From NCBI GenBank assembly GCA_951406725.2, contig OX597824.1, positions 77,810,001 to 77,874,000 of the forward strand: 64,000 bases of DNA. Direction: 5' to 3'. The notes beneath the pieces were generated by a model that saw nothing but the letters and a program-made list of their open reading frames with translations, ran no database searches and had not been told where the DNA came from. A program made the position numbers and the translations under genes. The DNA comes from Octopus vulgaris. Lineage: Eukaryota. Positions within the stretch are counted from its first letter, which is position 1. Each line of letters begins with the position of its first letter. Of the stretch, positions 1-14,907 are shown piece by piece.

Positions 1-99
1 ATATTCTGCTTTCGCTTATGCCAAACTAAATAAAACACAAGAACACAAACAAGTACGTATGTCTGTATATAGTTAACTTATCACAAGTTCTAGCACTTG

Positions 100-350
100 C
101 TCTGGCGTGGTAGTTTGTGTTCCTTAATGAACCTCAGACCAATGCCAGCGGAGCGCAAGCTTCTTGTAGGCCCTCTTATTATGAACAAGTCAAAGGATAG
201 CAGCCAGATTGATATGGACTATTTACTTTCAGTTGTAAAAAAGGGTTTGAATAGCGACAAGGACCTGCACGAAAAATGCATCGATGACTATTCGAAACCA
301 AGACCTTGTAGAGCATGCAGAAAGGACCACCCAGAGTCGAGTCGACAGCA
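100..350 (+). mobile_element. Decayed RTE-like 5' UTR fragment (related copy ~39740-40030)
   Basis: Both loci share a GTGGT/CTTGTG...ATGCCAGCNGAGCNCAAGCT motif; the RTE assignment is an inference. Confidence 0.35.
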
Positions 351-921
351 ATAGAAAATTATTCGTCAATTATCTATGGTCCGTAAAGAGAGAAGTCTTC
401 AGTATATTTATTTAAACACATAAAGACCTTGACCTTCAGAGGCATTACAGCTATTACAGCAATGGAAGCCGTGCTTACATACATGAAGTGTTGTGCATAT
501 GCAAAAATAACCATCAGAATGTAGACATATAATGAGAAGTTATAATATTGGTTATGATTTGTATGTTCATTTAGAGATATTTAACTAAATAGTCAATACT
601 TAGTTTAAGATGTTTCAATTTACTATAAAAATAAAATGGAATAAAAACAGAAAAAGGCTTCCATTGAAGATTACAGAATGGGTTTTTACTCTCTTGGGAA
701 TCATTGAAGATTGACAACACGAGGCTACGCATTAACTGAAACATAACTTCATCCCCACATGTACACACACGTCACACACACATACACATACGCAGAGAAA
801 CACACACACGCACAATATATGTGTACATAAATACGCATATATACATATAGATACATAAATACGTACGTATACACACATATATCTATACATGCATGTATGT
901 ATATACATACATACACACACA

Positions 922-964
<43 letters not shown>

Positions 965-1075
965 GTACAAAGATGTAGATATATTTCATGCAGATATATG
1001 TGTCTAAATGTGTGTGTCTGTTGGGGGTGGGAGGGATGCTATATTACATAAGTGAGTGTTTATACATTATGGGAG

Positions 1076-1109
<34 letters not shown>

Positions 1110-1728
1110 TATATATATATATGTATATATATATACACAGAGAGAGATAAATGAATATATATAAATATGTATATTTATATGTGTATGTATACACACATAT
1201 CTATGTATATATATTAATATATGTATGTATATATGATGTATGTATGCATATATAAGATATAGACACGCACAATAACATATGCTATTAACTTCTCTTGAAA
1301 AACAGATCCTTGGAGAACTGCTGGCTATAGGCTTTCATCATGTAACTTCGGAAGAAGTGAGCGTTTACTTGTATAAGGAATACACAAATATAAGCACCCA
1401 CCCCACACATACACACAGACACACATTTACATAGTTTACGTTCATCTGATATCTGCACTGTATAAGTATATATGCATATACAATACATATATTTAAATCA
1501 TATAGACATACACACAGACATATACACACATACAGACATAAATTCTCTCACAAACAAATTAATCATCGTGTATAGGATTCTGTATGTATATATTTCAGAG
1601 TGTGTGTGCGTATGTATGTGTGTGTGTGTGTGTGTGTGCACGGGCGCGTTTGTTATATTGACATACATACACATACGCATATATTTATATATATCTATAT
1701 ATAATGTGTGTGTGTATTTATATTATAG

Positions 1729-1768
<40 letters not shown>

Positions 1769-1888
1769 AATATAATACATTAATATGTGATGTATATATA
1801 TATGTATACAACTTCCTTACCAATCATTTATAATAAATATACATATATACATATGTATATATATATATAATATACATATATATATATG

Positions 1889-1965
<77 letters not shown>

Positions 1966-2017
1966 TGTATGTATATATATGTATAGATATGTATGTGCAT
2001 ATGTATGTGCATATGTG

Positions 2018-2063
<46 letters not shown>

Positions 2064-2515
2064 CATATATACATACATATATGTATATTTAATATATATG
2101 CCAGTGAATCATACATTATAAAACTCTGCAAATATACAAATTTAGTTCAGTTTCGTTCTTCAATTCTTTCGCGATCTTCAAAATTCTTTTTTTGTTTTTC
2201 CTTATTTTTTCTTTTCTATTCGTTGCTGGTCTACTAAACTGGGCTTATATATTTTTCACTTTCTTTCTTTTAGTATATAGCAGTTCACAGATAACTCCCC
2301 AAAATAGCATTCTGTTATCAGAAAAATCAATAATGCTATTCATTTTGCGGTTCAACATAGATTTCTTTAAGACGGTTATATAATATATAATGTCTTTTCA
2401 TATTGGGTTCTGTATGATTTCCTCTTTCGTATTGTATATTTTTCAACAGAATATGTGCGTGTGTGTGTGCATAAGTATGTGAGAGTGTGCGTGTGTTTAC
2501 ATACATACAAGTACG

Positions 2516-2576
<61 letters not shown>

Positions 2577-2805
2577 GTGTACGTATATATGTATTTGTAT
2601 ATATATATACATGTTTATATGTATATATGCTTGTATATTTGTATATACATATACATATATATTTGTATGTATATGCATATATACATATATATATATATAC
2701 ATGTACATGTGTAAATGTATTAGTCTATACATAAATATGAAAATATGCATATATGCATATGTGTATATATGTACATATCTATCTCTCTCTCTACCTCTCT
2801 CCTCT

Positions 2806-2877
<72 letters not shown>

Positions 2878-3339
2878 TCATATAGACATATAGAACTACA
2901 TTCTATATACATATATATATGTATGTGTATATATGTATAAGTACATATACATATGTATATATATGTGTGTGTGTGTGTGTCTGTATGTGTGTGTTTAAGT
3001 ATGTGTGCTGAGAGAAAGCGAAAGACTGTAAATAAGTAACAGAAATTCAGCAAAAAATTCGAAAACCTAGTATTATGTTCTTGCTTGTCGACAAGCGAAT
3101 TGTGATTTAACATTTCGGACAGATGTCCTACGTTGAAAAAACGACAATAGAGAAAAAATACAATCAAGAAAAACCACCAAGATCGTGTGTCTGTTTATGT
3201 GTGTGTGTGTGAGTTTATATATAACTACATATTGTTTCTTTTTATGTTATTATAATAACTATTGCGTATTAAATTGAAGGATTAATCAATATATGTCGCA
3301 GAGTTCAAATTTATTATTCTTTAACAAGAATAGTTTGAC

Positions 3340-3555
3340 AGTGACCACCCATTTCAGTATCACAATACATAAATATTCCGCAACACAATGTATTTTCCTC
3401 GACAAGACTTGCCCTACTTAACATTGTCCCAAAACATCCAACAAGGAAAGGGTCCCATCATCTTTAAACGGAATCTGGACAAATTTCTTCAAGGAATACC
3501 AGACAAACTACCTATACCTGGATACAACTCACTTAGCCAGAACACCCTACTCGAA
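3340..3555 (+). mobile_element. Decayed CR1/L2-group LINE 3' end
   Basis: FKRNLDKFLQGIPDKLPIPGY resembles the ORF2 C-terminus of CR1-group LINEs. Confidence 0.55.
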
Positions 3556-3568
3556 TATATATGTGTAT

Positions 3569-3689
3569 GAGTGGCTGTGTGGTAAGTAGCTTGGTTCCGG
3601 TTTCAGTCCCACTCTGTGGCACCGTGGACAAGTATCTTCTACTATAGTCTCGGACCGACCAAAGCCTTGGAAACTGAAAGAAGCCCGTC

Positions 3690-3743
<54 letters not shown>

Positions 3744-3955
3744 GCTAGTGTATCTGTGTTTGTCTCCTCAACATCGCTTGACAACCGATGCTGGTGTGTT
3801 TATGTCCTCGTAACTTAGCGGTTCGGCAAAATAGACCGATAGAATAATTACATGGCTTACAAAAGAATAAGTCCTTGGGTCGATTTGTTCGCCTAAAGGC
3901 GGTGCTCCAGCATGCCCGCAGTCAAATGACTGTGACGAATAAAAGAAAATAAAAG
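3569..3955 (+). mobile_element. SINE family A (tRNA-derived, internal (TA)n)
   Basis: GAGTGGCTGTGTGGTAAG A-box and B-box-like head; tail CCAGCATG...AATGACTG; many copies in window. Confidence 0.8.
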
Positions 3956-3999
3956 AAAAAAGAAAAAATTTATACCCACGACGAACTCCACACACTTTT

Positions 4000-4460
4000 C
4001 TTATTTCTTTACTGCCCACAAGGAGTTACACACAGAGGGGACAAACAAGGACAGACAAACCCCAGTGCGTAACTGGTACTTAATTTATCGAACCCCGAAA
4101 GGATGAAAGGCAAAGTCGACCTCGGCGGAATTTGAACACAGAACGTAACGACAGCCGAAATACCACTAAGTATTTTGCCCGGTGTGCTAACGTTTCTGTC
4201 AGCTCGCCACCTTTAAAAAGATAATAATACCTATTTCTTTACTACCCATAAGGGGCTAAACACAGAGGGCACAAACAAGGACAGACAAACGGATTAACTC
4301 GATTATATCGACCCCAGTGCGTAACTGGCACTTAATTTATCGACCCCAAATGGATGAAACGCAAAGTCGACCGTGGCGGAATTTGTACTCAGAACGTAAT
4401 GGCCGACGAAATATGGCTACGCATTTCGCCCGGCGTGCTAACGTTTCTGCCACCTCGCCT
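4000..4460 (-). mobile_element. SINE family B, two tandem copies (4000-4212, 4229-4460)
   Basis: Head GGCGGCGAGCTGGCAGAA...GAGTTCAAATTCC; central GCCTTTCATCCTTTCGGGGTCGATAAA motif (Meta/Nin-SINE-like by recall). Confidence 0.85.
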
Positions 4461-4980
4461 CCACACACTTCAATCGAATTCACTCACAAGTCGTTGGTCG
4501 GCGCGAGGTTATAGCAGAAAACACATGTTCGTGATATCGCACACCGCAACTGAATATGTAAGCAAGAAGCTTCAAAGTAAGTCTCTTAACCACACGCATA
4601 CTAGAAAAAAAAAGGTACATAACTTGGGTTAGAATTGTTATTTCATAAATTGTATTTCAATAAGAACTGCATCATCTCATACTAAATCTCTGTCTTTATT
4701 CATTTCTAAATATTATTTTCCTATATTTCTGAAATAATTATGTATCCATTTATAAGCTATTTTAGTCTATTCTAAATCATTGGTGTTGTTTTGTTGACAG
4801 GAGTGACAATATCATTGCCTCGCGCGTCATGTCAGTAATTCTCTTAATATAAGTAAATATAACCGATAAAGAGATTTCACCGACCACCTGACGATATAAA
4901 ATTCGAAATTTTAGCATGGACTCCCAGTTTTGTATAAATATATCAATATATTCATATATATACGCACACTCTTACACACA

Positions 4981-5045
<65 letters not shown>

Positions 5046-5646
5046 ACAAGCACGTAGATATATATGTGTGTGTGTGTGCTTATGTATATATGCGTATCCA
5101 TATATATTGGATATATATTTATATGCGTATGTACATATGTACGTGTGTGCGCTTGTGTGTGTGTATGCATACATGTATGTGTCTGAATATCTATATATAT
5201 ATGCGTGTGTATATGTATGTTTGTGTATGTGTGTTTATGTATGTATGTTCTTATGTATGTATATGCAACAGTGACATTATTAGATGAATTATCACAGCAG
5301 ACATTCACTGAGGTATTGATGATTTGTCAACGATTTATTATAATCTATCGTAATATAGTGTTTCGTGTATCCAGAGTACGAAGATTTGTAGTAGGTTATC
5401 GTGCCTGTCATAAATCATTCGCGAAGTCACGTGGTTTATTCACGTGATAGTAGGATTAGTATATTCATCTCTCAACAAATCGTTCTATGTTCTGCTGGAT
5501 TCAATATGAGAAATTATCTGCATTTTTATTACGGCCATTTTACGCGAAGTCAAATCTCACACTGCAGCGTTAAACGTTCCATAAAGTATTCCCCCAAGCT
5601 ATGTACTGAGGTTAATATACTCGATTTAAGCTCTTAAAGGCAGTAA

Positions 5647-5687
<41 letters not shown>

Positions 5688-5903
5688 AATAATTAAAATA
5701 TATGCATACATACAAACATATATGTACGTACCTACATCTACATGTATATATACATGCATATATAAATAAATATACGTGAGTACAGGACACCACAACAGGA
5801 CGTAGAAATGGGGAAAAACATAAAATTATAACAAGAAAATAAGGAAAAGTCCTCGGTCATCAACTGTCGCTAGTTAGACTCAAGCGTGTTTCGAAGGCGA
5901 GAC

Positions 5904-5944
<41 letters not shown>

Positions 5945-6249
5945 GACGAAACAGTGACAACTGAAGTAGGGGAATATTCGTTGTGCTGTATGTCTTGTAC
6001 TGTTTTATTCGTTGTTTGAAAAAAGTTCATTTCCATGTTTTTGTTTTTATGTTTTCGTTTCTCATTGTGTTCAACATTTTTTTTTTTGGTGTCCTGTACC
6101 CATATATGCATGTATATATACATATAGATGTAGCTATGTACATATATGTATGTGTATATCCATATGTTTATATATCATTTATGTTATATATATAAAAGAT
6201 ACAAAAAGAAGGAAAAGTCACTGGAATTTTCTGTTGGAATATATATATA

Positions 6250-6780
6250 TCTTCTATATATATAAAACTGTAGTTGTGTGAGTGTCTGTCCCCTTCGATT
6301 TAGATTCCTAACTACTCCCACATTTTGCGGTGCAGTTTAACCAAATTCGGATATCTTATAGTCGTGATTCATATCGAGCCCGTCTGGGTATTAGCGCGCG
6401 TCTACGATGAGTCTACGATTTAAAAAATTTAACATCATTTTTTTCCATTTTAACGGATATTTTTTCGTGTGTCGATGGCGGCGGAGTTGGCGTCCATGGT
6501 CACACCTGCACCTGTGTTGCTTCTCCCCTTTCTTCCCTCCCTCGTGAAGCTGTGGGGAAGGGAGTGTAAGGAAATCAACGTCGTAAAGCGTTGTCAAGGA
6601 GACCAGCGTTCTTTTAGAACAACGACTTCATGGCTTGAAGACACTGAGTCAACGATTTAAAAAAAAAATTACCATCATTTTTTATTCCATTTTTAATGCA
6701 TTTTTTTGCTATAACTCTCTAAAAATGCTTATATAGTTATTTCCCTTACAAACCCGAGCAACGCTGGGCGATACTGCTAG
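6250..6780 (+). mobile_element. Non-autonomous Helitron
   Basis: 5' TC(T)TCTATATATATAAAA; 3' hairpin CCCGAGCAACGCTGGG followed by ...CTGCTAG; A|T flanks. Confidence 0.8.
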
Positions 6781-7158
6781 TTATATATAAAAGTCAAGTT
6801 GTGTGTCTGTCTCCTACGATTTAGATTCCTAACTACTCCTACATTTTGCGGTGTAGTGTAACCAAAAGAGGGTATCTTATAGTCGTGATTCACACCGAGC
6901 CCTTCTGGGTATTAGCGTGCGTCTACGATGAGTCTACGATTTTAAAAATAATTTACCATAATTTTTTTCCATTTTGATGCATTTTTTTCGTTATTATATA
7001 AGGGAAGTAACTCTCGAAAAATGTCTACGATGAGTCAACGATTTTAAAAAAAATGTACCATCATTTTTTTTCCATTTTTAATGCATTTGCTATTTTTTGG
7101 CTATAACTCTCTAAAAATGCTTATATAGTTATTTCCCTTACAAACCCGAGCAACGCCA
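6781..7158 (+). mobile_element. Second Helitron copy in head-to-tail tandem (3' truncated by SINE fragment)
   Basis: Homologous to 6250-6780 and 24658-25053 (CGATTTAGATTCCTAACTACTCC...ACAAACCCGAGCAACGCC). Confidence 0.75.
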
Positions 7159-7206
7159 GTACTTATTCTATCGGTCTCTTTTGCCGAACCGCTAGGTGAC
7201 GGGGAC

Positions 7207-7254
<48 letters not shown>

Positions 7255-7374
7255 ATATATGTGTGTGTGTGTATATATATATACACACACATTTATGAAA
7301 TATATTATTTACACTGTCGACTGCATAAGCGAAACAGGCTGCAGCATACATACATACATACATACATACATACA

Positions 7375-7405
<31 letters not shown>

Positions 7406-7994
7406 CAGGCCTAAAGTTATAGGTAAAGAGAGCGTATATAATAAAATAACGAAGAACTTACAGCTCTAGTATTGTGACTATAGATTCTCATTTCTATCGA
7501 TAATTTAGCTGCAGGGGGAAAACGTAACAACACATTTGCTTTAAACCTTAAAAATTCTGGAGTTTTCCCATTAAGAGCACACAGCACTCTAACCATATCC
7601 TCCACGTCGAATGAGTTGGTGATACAGGGAGGATTTGTGAAAAGCTGAAAAAAAACTTACTATAAGAATGTTCCATAATAACAATATACAGAAAGTTACC
7701 TGTGTAGATAAATGCTCATGTGCTATTTATATGTACACGGAAAAAGTAATCATACTCATTTTCTGTTCTAAACAGACATGTACGCTCGAATGCGTGCATT
7801 CATCGATATATGTGCATACATTAGATCGTAACTATTTACATAACCCTGGAACTATATCGATTGAAATAGCACAAGAGACAAACAAAAAAGTATCTTTCTC
7901 AGTTTATGAGTAACGGGCAATAAACTTGAATAAATCACTACGAAAACCGTAGACAGACAAAAAAATTAAGAAGGCAGGCAGACAGACAGATATA

Positions 7995-8212
<218 letters not shown>

Positions 8213-8412
8213 AGGTACATATGTACATACATACATATACACACATATGTGTACACGTATAAAATTATTATATGTTACATACCTAGTTAAATATATTTAT
8301 ACAAACATATATTTATGCATGTGTGCATATATATACATATTTTTATATATATATATATATATGTGTGCGTCTATGTATATGCGTATATATACATATACAT
8401 ATATATGTATAT

Positions 8413-8486
<74 letters not shown>

Positions 8487-8495
8487 CATATATAC

Positions 8496-8570
<75 letters not shown>

Positions 8571-9089
8571 TGTGCATATAAATATATGCATATATATAAC
8601 CTACATACAATCTTTATCATTTATTTTCTTCTCCATATATTGAAACAATATGAATAACCTGAATCGATTTTCGAATATTATTGGATTCTTATCAGAGGCG
8701 TCTACATCAATCTGTCCAAATACGGGAAAGCATGCAGCCAGTCTCTTCATATACTCATCAATTAAAGAAGCTAAAGAAAACGGGTGGCGGGGTTACTAAC
8801 TTGATTACTGTAAGAGTTAACACTTTATTTTAAATATCGGAGGCCTGTCAATTGATAATGTATGTCACCTATATGATAGGTTTATAACACATGGCTAATT
8901 CAAGTATTTCTCCGTAGATTGAAAAAAAATATATACATACACGCACACACATATATATACACACACACATACACACACACACGCACACACGCACACACAC
9001 ACATATATATACATATGTAACCACGTGTGAATTGTTGAAGATGTTTTTCCCGTCCATTTTCATCTTCCTTTCCTATTGGACTCTCCTCT

Positions 9090-9125
9090 GATTCTGAAGA
9101 AGAGCCTTGCTCGAAACGTTAAACC
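9090..9125 (+). ncRNA. Minimal hammerhead-like motif in short repeat 9020-9215
   Basis: CTGAAGAA-GAGC(CTT)GCTC-GAAA-CG-TT-AAAC; stem I is weak in this copy. A homologous copy lies at 17571-17605. Confidence 0.5.
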
Positions 9126-9216
9126 ATCTTTCTTTCCCTGACCGTCTGCCAATACTTTACATATACCACGTCCTCGCGTTGTTGTTTTATCGTGTTTGTT
9201 CTTCGTTTTTTATATT

Positions 9217-9255
<39 letters not shown>

Positions 9256-9726
9256 AGACTCTCCTATCGATGATGATATGTGAGTGCAGCCACCACACAT
9301 CGTTTTTTATATTGATCAAATGCATGTGCTGCATATTGGTTCACTTTCTCCATCAAATCGACTTTGTCCCTGAACAGGTGCACTCTGTACCACGCGTCAC
9401 GTGTCGAGGTGATCTTAGATCAATCTGAGATGAAGTATTTTGCAGAAGAACACAATGCACCACCTCGTCTAGGAATTGAAACCACGATATCCCAAACTTG
9501 ACTGCAAAACCCTAACCACCAGGCCGTGTGTGTGTGTATGTGTGTTTGTGTGTGTGTCTGTGTGTGTGTGTTAAAGAGAGAATCCGTGTGTGTTTGTATG
9601 TGTTCAGAGACATATGATACGAACATAACTAAATAAACCATAATTACTCTAACACGCACATACACACACACACACACACGCGCGCACACACACACGCGCG
9701 CACACACAAACAGGCGTGCTCGAACT

Positions 9727-9789
<63 letters not shown>

Positions 9790-10616
9790 CGAGAAAAAAA
9801 TAAAAGGTAGAATGAAGTAAATTCGGATTTAGTTTTATCTGAAATTCACTAACCGATTTCTTTTATGAAATTCTTTTTCCAACTCTCTCGCGTCTAACAA
9901 ATTTTCTCGTTTCTAGTTTAAACATTACGCTTGAATAGTAAAATTACTTCTGAGTTAGAAAACAGTGGTGGGCCTATTTTTTTGCCTCCGTTATGATATC
10001 TCAAGATTTCATCATATTGCACAATTTTTTCTGTTGTCACTCTTCCTACTAATATTGCGGTTGACGTTGTGGTTGTTGTTTTCGTGGTGATGGTGGGGGG
10101 GTTTGTTTTGACTGTTGTTGATTATGGTGAGGAAATAAACTTCTCGAAGTCAAATTTTGTTTTTGGTTGTGATTCTATCATCTCAACTTAACAATCCCAT
10201 CCTACGCCAACCAGCTTCACTGTTCCTCATCGAAGTAAATGCGTACAAACACTCTCATACATCTGTATGTGTGTATCTCTTTAGGAATGTGTGCGTACGT
10301 GTGTGTGTATGTGTGTGTTTGTGATATTTATGTATGCCTGCATTAATTTATGTGTCTGTATGTATGTTTGTATATACATATCTAGGCGCATCCATTAGTA
10401 TAAGAATAAATATATACGTATGTATGTATATATACACACATACGTACTCTCACCACATACACATTTGCATATTTACATACATGCATGCAAACGTGTGTGT
10501 ATGTAAGTGTGTGTCAGTGTGAGTATGTGTTTGTGTATCCACGCGCGTGCATACACAAAGCTCATTAGTATTTCGATTTATATCGAACATTTTCTTTATT
10601 ATTATTATTATTATTA

Positions 10617-10683
<67 letters not shown>

Positions 10684-10686
10684 TAA

Positions 10687-10901
10687 GGCTGTGAGCTGGC
10701 AGAATCGTTAGCGCGCTGGACGAAATGCTTAGCTGTAAAATTGACACGTTGATACGTTCTGAGTTCAAATTCTGCCGAGGTCGACTTTACCCTTCATACT
10801 TTCGGGATCGATAAATTAAATACTAGTACCAAATAAGTAACACTAGGGTCGATATAATCAACTCCTCCTCCGAAATTGCTAGCTACGTGAAAAAAATTAT
10901 G

Positions 10902-10952
<51 letters not shown>

Positions 10953-11155
10953 GATAATAAAATGGCAGAATTATTAGCACACCGAGCAAAATGCGCAGCG
11001 GTATTTTACCCTTCTTTACCTTCTCACCGAGTTCAAATTCTCCCGCGATTGATTTTGCCTTTCATCCTTTCGCGGTCGATAAAATAAGTTCCGGTTGAGT
11101 ACTGGCGTCGATGTGATCGTTTTTCACCCTCCCCCGAAATTGCTTGCTGTGTGCA
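10687..11155 (+). mobile_element. SINE family B, two diverged copies within (ATT)n
   Basis: 10687-10880 and 10961-11155 share the family B head and body. Confidence 0.75.
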
Positions 11156-11158
11156 AAA

Positions 11159-11277
11159 ATTATTATTATTATCATTATTATCATCATCATCATCATCATC
11201 ATCATTATCATCATCCCTTTTTCTTCTTCTTCTTCTTCTTCTTCTTCTTCTTCTTCTTCTTCTTCTTCTTCTTTTTA

Positions 11278-11320
<43 letters not shown>

Positions 11321-11327
11321 CATTATT

Positions 11328-11368
<41 letters not shown>

Positions 11369-11556
11369 TGTTATTATTATCATTGTCATCATCATCATCA
11401 TCATCATCATCATTATCATCATCATCATCATTATCATCCTTCTTCATTTTCTTCTTTTTATTATTATTATTATTACTATTATTATTATTATCATTAATGT
11501 TATTCTTCTTCTTCTTCTTTTCTTCTTCTTCTTTTCTTCTTCTTCTTCTTTTTCTT

Positions 11557-11587
<31 letters not shown>

Positions 11588-11597
11588 TTATCATCAC

Positions 11598-11648
<51 letters not shown>

Positions 11649-11665
11649 CATTATTATCATTATTT
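11159..11665. repeat. Compound trinucleotide microsatellite (ATT/ATC/TTC)
   Basis: Direct inspection. Confidence 0.97.
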
Positions 11666-12072
11666 ACCGCAATTAAAATTCTTCTTTATGAAGTATCCCA
11701 ATATGATGAGCTGATATTGATTCCAGTCTTCCTTATTGATTTCTGATATGCGCAAATTGCACAAGTGACAACACTTCATGTTAACCTTTTTTATTAAATA
11801 TGTTTCCAAAATGTAATTATTTATTTATTTATTTATTCGTCTTTAATATTACTATTTATTTTTCTTCCAAAATTTCTCATGTGAAATAACACAATCAACT
11901 CCACTACTACTACAACTACCAGAACTACCAGCACCACTACTACAACTACTGCTACCAATAATAATAATAACAACAACAACACAACAATAATATTAATAAT
12001 AATAATAACAACAACAACAACAATAACAATAATAATAATAATAACAATAATAATTATAATAATAATAATAAT

Positions 12073-12113
<41 letters not shown>

Positions 12114-12131
12114 TAATAATTATAATAATAA

Positions 12132-12443
12132 TCTCAAAATACAAAGACCTGGAAATAGAGGTAACTAGAATGTGGAACCTGAAAACAGAAACAATTCCTA
12201 TCATAGTAGGTGCATTAGGCATGATAAAAAAATATTCAGACAAATACATAACAAAAACACCAGGACTTACAAACACATATAACATACAGAAAATTGCACT
12301 ACTAGGCACTGCACACATCCTACGCAGAACACTTTCCATACAATAACCATCAGAGCATCACAACAAATCACAGCACATACCCAAGGCACACAGAGCTGCG
12401 CTCGGTAGTGAAGTGAAAGCACGCTATAAAAATAAAACTACTG
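12132..12443 (+). mobile_element. 3' end of R4/Dong-like RLE non-LTR retrotransposon in (AAT)n
   Basis: Encodes SKYKDLEIEVTRMWNLKTETIPIIVGALG...LLGTAHILRRTL, then a short 3' UTR; flanked on both sides by (AAT)n. Confidence 0.85.
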
Positions 12444-12469
12444 AATAATAATAATAATGTTAATAATAA

Positions 12470-12691
12470 TGGTTTCAAATTTTGTCACAAGGGCAGTAAT
12501 TTTGGAGGAAGAGATGAGTCGATAACATCAGCCTCAGTGTTCAACTGGTACTTATTTAATCGACCCCGAAAGAATGAAGGGTAAATTCGACCTCGGCGGA
12601 ATTTGAAATCAGAACGTAACGACAGGAGAAATACCGCTAAGCATTTCGTCCGGTGCGCCAAAAATTCTGCCAGCTCGCCGCTTTTATAATA

Positions 12692-12773
<82 letters not shown>

Positions 12774-12801
12774 TAATAATAATAATAATATAATAATAAT
12801 G

Positions 12802-12836
<35 letters not shown>

Positions 12837-13032
12837 CCTTTCTACTTGAAGCACAAGGCCCCAAATTTGAGCGAAGGGACTAAGTCGATTATATCGACTC
12901 CAGTGCGTAACTGGTAGTTATTTAATCGACCCCGAAAGGATGAAAGGCAAAGTCGACCTCGGCGGAATTCGAACTCAGAACATGAAGACCGACGAAATAC
13001 CACAAAGCAAACGATTCTGCCAGCTTGCCGCC
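12470..13032 (-). mobile_element. SINE family B, two copies (12470-12681, 12835-13032) with (ATT)n tails
   Basis: Family B head and body with alternative 3' tails. Confidence 0.8.
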
Positions 13033-13211
13033 CAATAATAATAATAATAATAATAATAATGATAATAATAGTAATAATAATAGTAATAACAGAAACAAAA
13101 AAAGGAAGAGTGCCATTGTTATTCAGTGAACTCTCTACTTTTTTGCTTATGTATACCTACTGGAGGAGTTACCTCAATCTTACAAAATAGTATCAATAAT
13201 AATAATAATAA

Positions 13212-13674
<463 letters not shown>

Positions 13675-13690
13675 AAGAAAAAAAAAAAAA

Positions 13691-14069
13691 AAAGATGCTT
13701 TCTAATTGATGTATCAATACCGGCTGATGACAACGTAGTCTCTAAAAGAAATGGAGAAACTCTCAAAATACAAAGACCTGGAAATAGAGGTAACTAGAAT
13801 GTGGAATCTGAAAACAGAAACAATTCCTATCATAGTAGGTGCATTAGGCATGATAAAAAAATATTCAGACAAATACATAACAAAAACACCAGGACTTACA
13901 AACACATATAACATACAGAAAATTGCACTACTAGGCACTGCACACATCCTACGTAGAACACTTTCTATACAATAACCATCAGAGCATCACAACAAATCAC
14001 AGCACATACCCAAGGCACACAGAGCTGCGCTCGGTAGTGAAGTGAAAGCACGCTATAAAAATAAAACTA

Positions 14070-14158
<89 letters not shown>

Positions 14159-14366
14159 TATTCAGACAAATACATAACAAAAACACCAGGACTTACAAAC
14201 ACATATAACATACAGAAAATTGCACTACTAGGCACTGCACACATCCTACGCAGAACACTTTCCATACAATAACCATCAGAGCATCACAACAAATCACAGC
14301 ACATACCCAAGGCACACAGAGCTGCGCTCGGCAGTGAAGTGAAAGCACGCTATAAAAATAAAACTA

Positions 14367-14443
<77 letters not shown>

Positions 14444-14655
14444 TATTCAGACAAATACATAACAAAAACACCAGGACTTACAAACACATATAACATACAG
14501 AAAATTGCACTACTAGGCACTGCACACATCCTACGCAGAACACTTTCCATACAATAACCATCAGAGCATCACAACAAATCACACCACATACCCAAGGCAC
14601 ACAGAGCTGCGCTCGGTAGTGAAGTGAAAGCACGCTATAAAAAATAAAACTACTG
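13691..14655 (+). mobile_element. Three tandem 3' ends of the same R4/Dong-like LINE separated by (AAT)n (13691-14072, 14155-14369, 14439-14655)
   Basis: CFLIDVSIPADDNV...EKLSKYKDL...IVGALG is the restriction-like endonuclease C-terminus. Each copy ends AAAACTACTG(AAT)n. Confidence 0.85.
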
Positions 14656-14907
14656 AATAATAATAATAATAATAATAACAATAGTTTCAAAATTTGGCCA
14701 GCAATTTTTGGATAGAGGTAAGTCATTTTCATCGACGTAGGGAGCTTGAAAAAACCGGGATTGTGGCAAGTTTGAAGACACAGCGTAGGAGATCAGGGGA
14801 GATAACGGGTGAGTGAATAGTATTTTACAGAGATTTTATACAAACTGATATGGAAAATAGAAGCCGGAAAAATAACTGAATAAGCAAAATATTAATATGT
14901 CTCAATA

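Noticed and set aside
4801-4852. Possible small exon after TTTTGTTGACAG
   Set aside because: No recognisable peptide or convincing donor; chance splice-like motifs are common.
13691-14655. CRISPR-like repeat/spacer pattern
   Set aside because: Repeats are >200 bp LINE ends, spacers are (AAT)n, and the context is eukaryotic with no cas genes.
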